In this document: piece by piece, positions 62,074 to 64,000 of the stretch
Numbering within the stretch: position 1 is the stretch's first letter
Layout of the letters: every line of letters begins with the position of its first letter
Assembly (NCBI GenBank): GCA_965153455.1
Contig: OZ234493.1
Location: 28,076,213 to 28,140,212, forward strand
Source: Sphagnum compactum
Lineage: Eukaryota
DNA length: 64,000 bases
Reading direction: 5' to 3'
Program-made: the position numbers and the translations under genes
The notes under the pieces: generated by a model
Seen by the model: the letters and a program-made list of their open reading frames with translations, nothing else
What the model was told of the DNA's origin: nothing
The model's database searches: none

Positions 62074-63877
62074 TGTTATTCCCTGGGATCATAAAACTCA
62101 CCAAATTCCAGAGAATTTGCTTGCTTTGCCCACTGAAGACAAGTCATTTCTTTGTTACTTTTCAATGGTAAAATGACTTCAATCTGATCAAAGAGGTGGG
62201 CACATTTCAACACAGTTTTAAATGGTAGTCTGAGGTTCAACCTGGTTGTGCCAATTCATATCTTATGGACCCAGAGACCCCTAGGTTTCCATAGGGGTTT
62301 TCCATACCGTTAACAAATAACCAGTTCACCCAAGGGGGTGTGACCCAGCTCCTAGGTTGTCACAATTCATATAACCAGTTTTGGACACAGTCCAGAGCCA
62401 CGATATTTGCAGCTGGGTTTACTATGATGGTGGGGTACAATCTACAGCATGCACTCTTCTAGCACAATCTGCATATGAGATATACAGATACATATCTTAT
62501 GATGATGTGATGATGGTAAGACTTCCTTTCCTGCAGCTACCCAAAGGTTTGCAATCTTATTTCTGTTCCATTTTTCCTGGGTTGTTTTGTCTCTTCACTT
62601 GCAAGCTTTGGTTGATGCTCTAGAAGTTTGATCTTCCTTCTGGGAAGTTGGTACGTCTCTCTCTATCCCCCTCCCAATCTATGTGCATTTGGTTGTACTA
62701 TTGTATGATTTGTGTGGCTCTTTCTTCCGATCTGTGCTGATCTGGGTTCTCTAGAGATGCCTGTCACTCACTGTGCCCAGTTATGTCATGGATGAAGTGG
62801 CTACTTGGGTGGTGTGTTTTACTTCCAGTTTATTTTGTTTTCATGGTCATTTTGATTTCTTCACCTTGAGTATATGATATTGGGCTCTCGAGGTTCCCCC
62901 ACCAAAAAAAAACAAACAAACAAACAACAGAGCTCTTCGTGGTTCTCTTACTTCCACATTTTGTTTCTTCGCCTGCAGTGCCACTTACCTTTTTTCTTCG
63001 GTTCCAAGTGGCCTGACCCTGGGGTCTTGAAATCCATCTCTCTCATATGTGAATTGTGTGCTTGTCACAGGTAGCAAATCAGCCATAGGGGAATTCAGTC
63101 ACTTGTTACAGCAATATATCAACAACCTTTCTCCACATTGAGTTGTGGTTAGTATCTAAGGGAACCTTTGCTTGCACTCAAGACTTTACTGATTTAAGTT
63201 GGTTTTTTAGAATCAAGGTGTGGACAGTCAAGTCTAGTCTCTGTTTTAGCATTAAGACCATTTGGTGTTTTTTTTGTATTGGGTTTGTGTGGTCCTCAGC
63301 TGATGGTGATTTTGGACCTAATCTGTGGTCATTGTTGTCTTCTAGGTCAATTTTCCACTCCTTTGGTTTTGGGTTTTGGAATCAAATTGAGTTTTAAGGA
63401 GCAAAAGGGTTTGAGACAGAGGGAGATTCAAGATGTCTCTCCGGTATGCAGAGAAGCTCTCATATAAGGCAGATGTGGGAACAGTGGGGATGCCGGAGCT
63501 CTTTGATTCTGCACTGGACCTCAAGTGCAAGGTACTCTAAACCCTTGCAAAAAGAGGAAGACAAAGGAAGCATTATCTTTGTGACTTTTGGACCCCTTCC
63601 AATATGTTGATGATTGTATACTCTGTATTAGTCCTGTGACAAAAAGATGTGAGACAGAGGAATCATCTGCATGTTTGAGTTTGAGTTTGAGATCTGTTTT
63701 GTTATGATAATCCACTTTTGACCTTTTGGCCATCCCCTGGGAAAGATGGTGGATGCCAATGACTGTATGTGTTGAAGTCCTCACACTAATGCAAACAATT
63801 GAATGTGGAAGTGTTTGGTCTGTAGTTGTGATTTTTTGACCTGTCTATGATTGTGTGAAGGATTGTTTCTAAGGGCC

Positions 63878-64000
63878 GAATGTGGCACAAAGTCCTTGGA
63901 CTCTTTTAGCATTCTTGTCCACAGATGCTTCTACCCTGGGTTATGATGAGAGCTAAGTGCGGAATGTGGCACAAAGTCCTTGGACTCTTTTAGCATTCTT
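63878..64000. repeat. 39-bp exact direct repeat, 84-bp period, running to the window edge
   Basis: GAATGTGGCACAAAGTCCTTGGACTCTTTTAGCATTCTT occurs at 63878 and 63962. Confidence 0.9.

Noticed and set aside
60400-63800. Further protein-coding exons downstream of BADC
   Set aside because: Some splice-like sites are present, but no coherent ORF or recognisable domain could be assembled.

Overview
Eukaryotic land-plant genomic DNA. The TE families and gene structures look bryophyte-like, possibly Sphagnum, but that is inference only. The first ~27 kb is a nested transposon stack. A decayed Mutator (MULE) transposase gene is interrupted by a chromodomain-bearing Ty3/Gypsy element (~4472-11952). 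The 5' LTR of that Gypsy is split, just upstream of its TATA-like box, by a head-to-head L1-type LINE whose ORF2 (APE-RT) runs open off the left edge. Four solo LTRs of the same LTR family, each with a target-site duplication (TSD), lie at 6395, 13834, 18331 and 21842. A second MULE-type terminus at ~26965 fronts a decayed C2H2 + Ulp1/C48-protease-like gene. Three spliced host genes are supported: an adenylate kinase (28862-31380, +), a conserved Gly-rich uncharacterised plant protein (43854-45752, -) and a BADC/BCCP-like protein (57133-60108, +). Between them lie a decayed LINE, a gag remnant, tandem arrays, a second Ulp1-like remnant and a TA-flanked foldback element whose terminal inverted repeats (TIRs) carry a tRNA-like A/B-box segment. 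No prokaryotic-type systems (CRISPR, operons) are seen. The best candidates for novelty are possible LTR-targeting by the LINE, a duplicated polypurine tract (PPT) suggesting LTR replacement, tRNA-like TIRs, and recurrent SUMO-protease-like TE cargo. All alignments and counts were made by eye.
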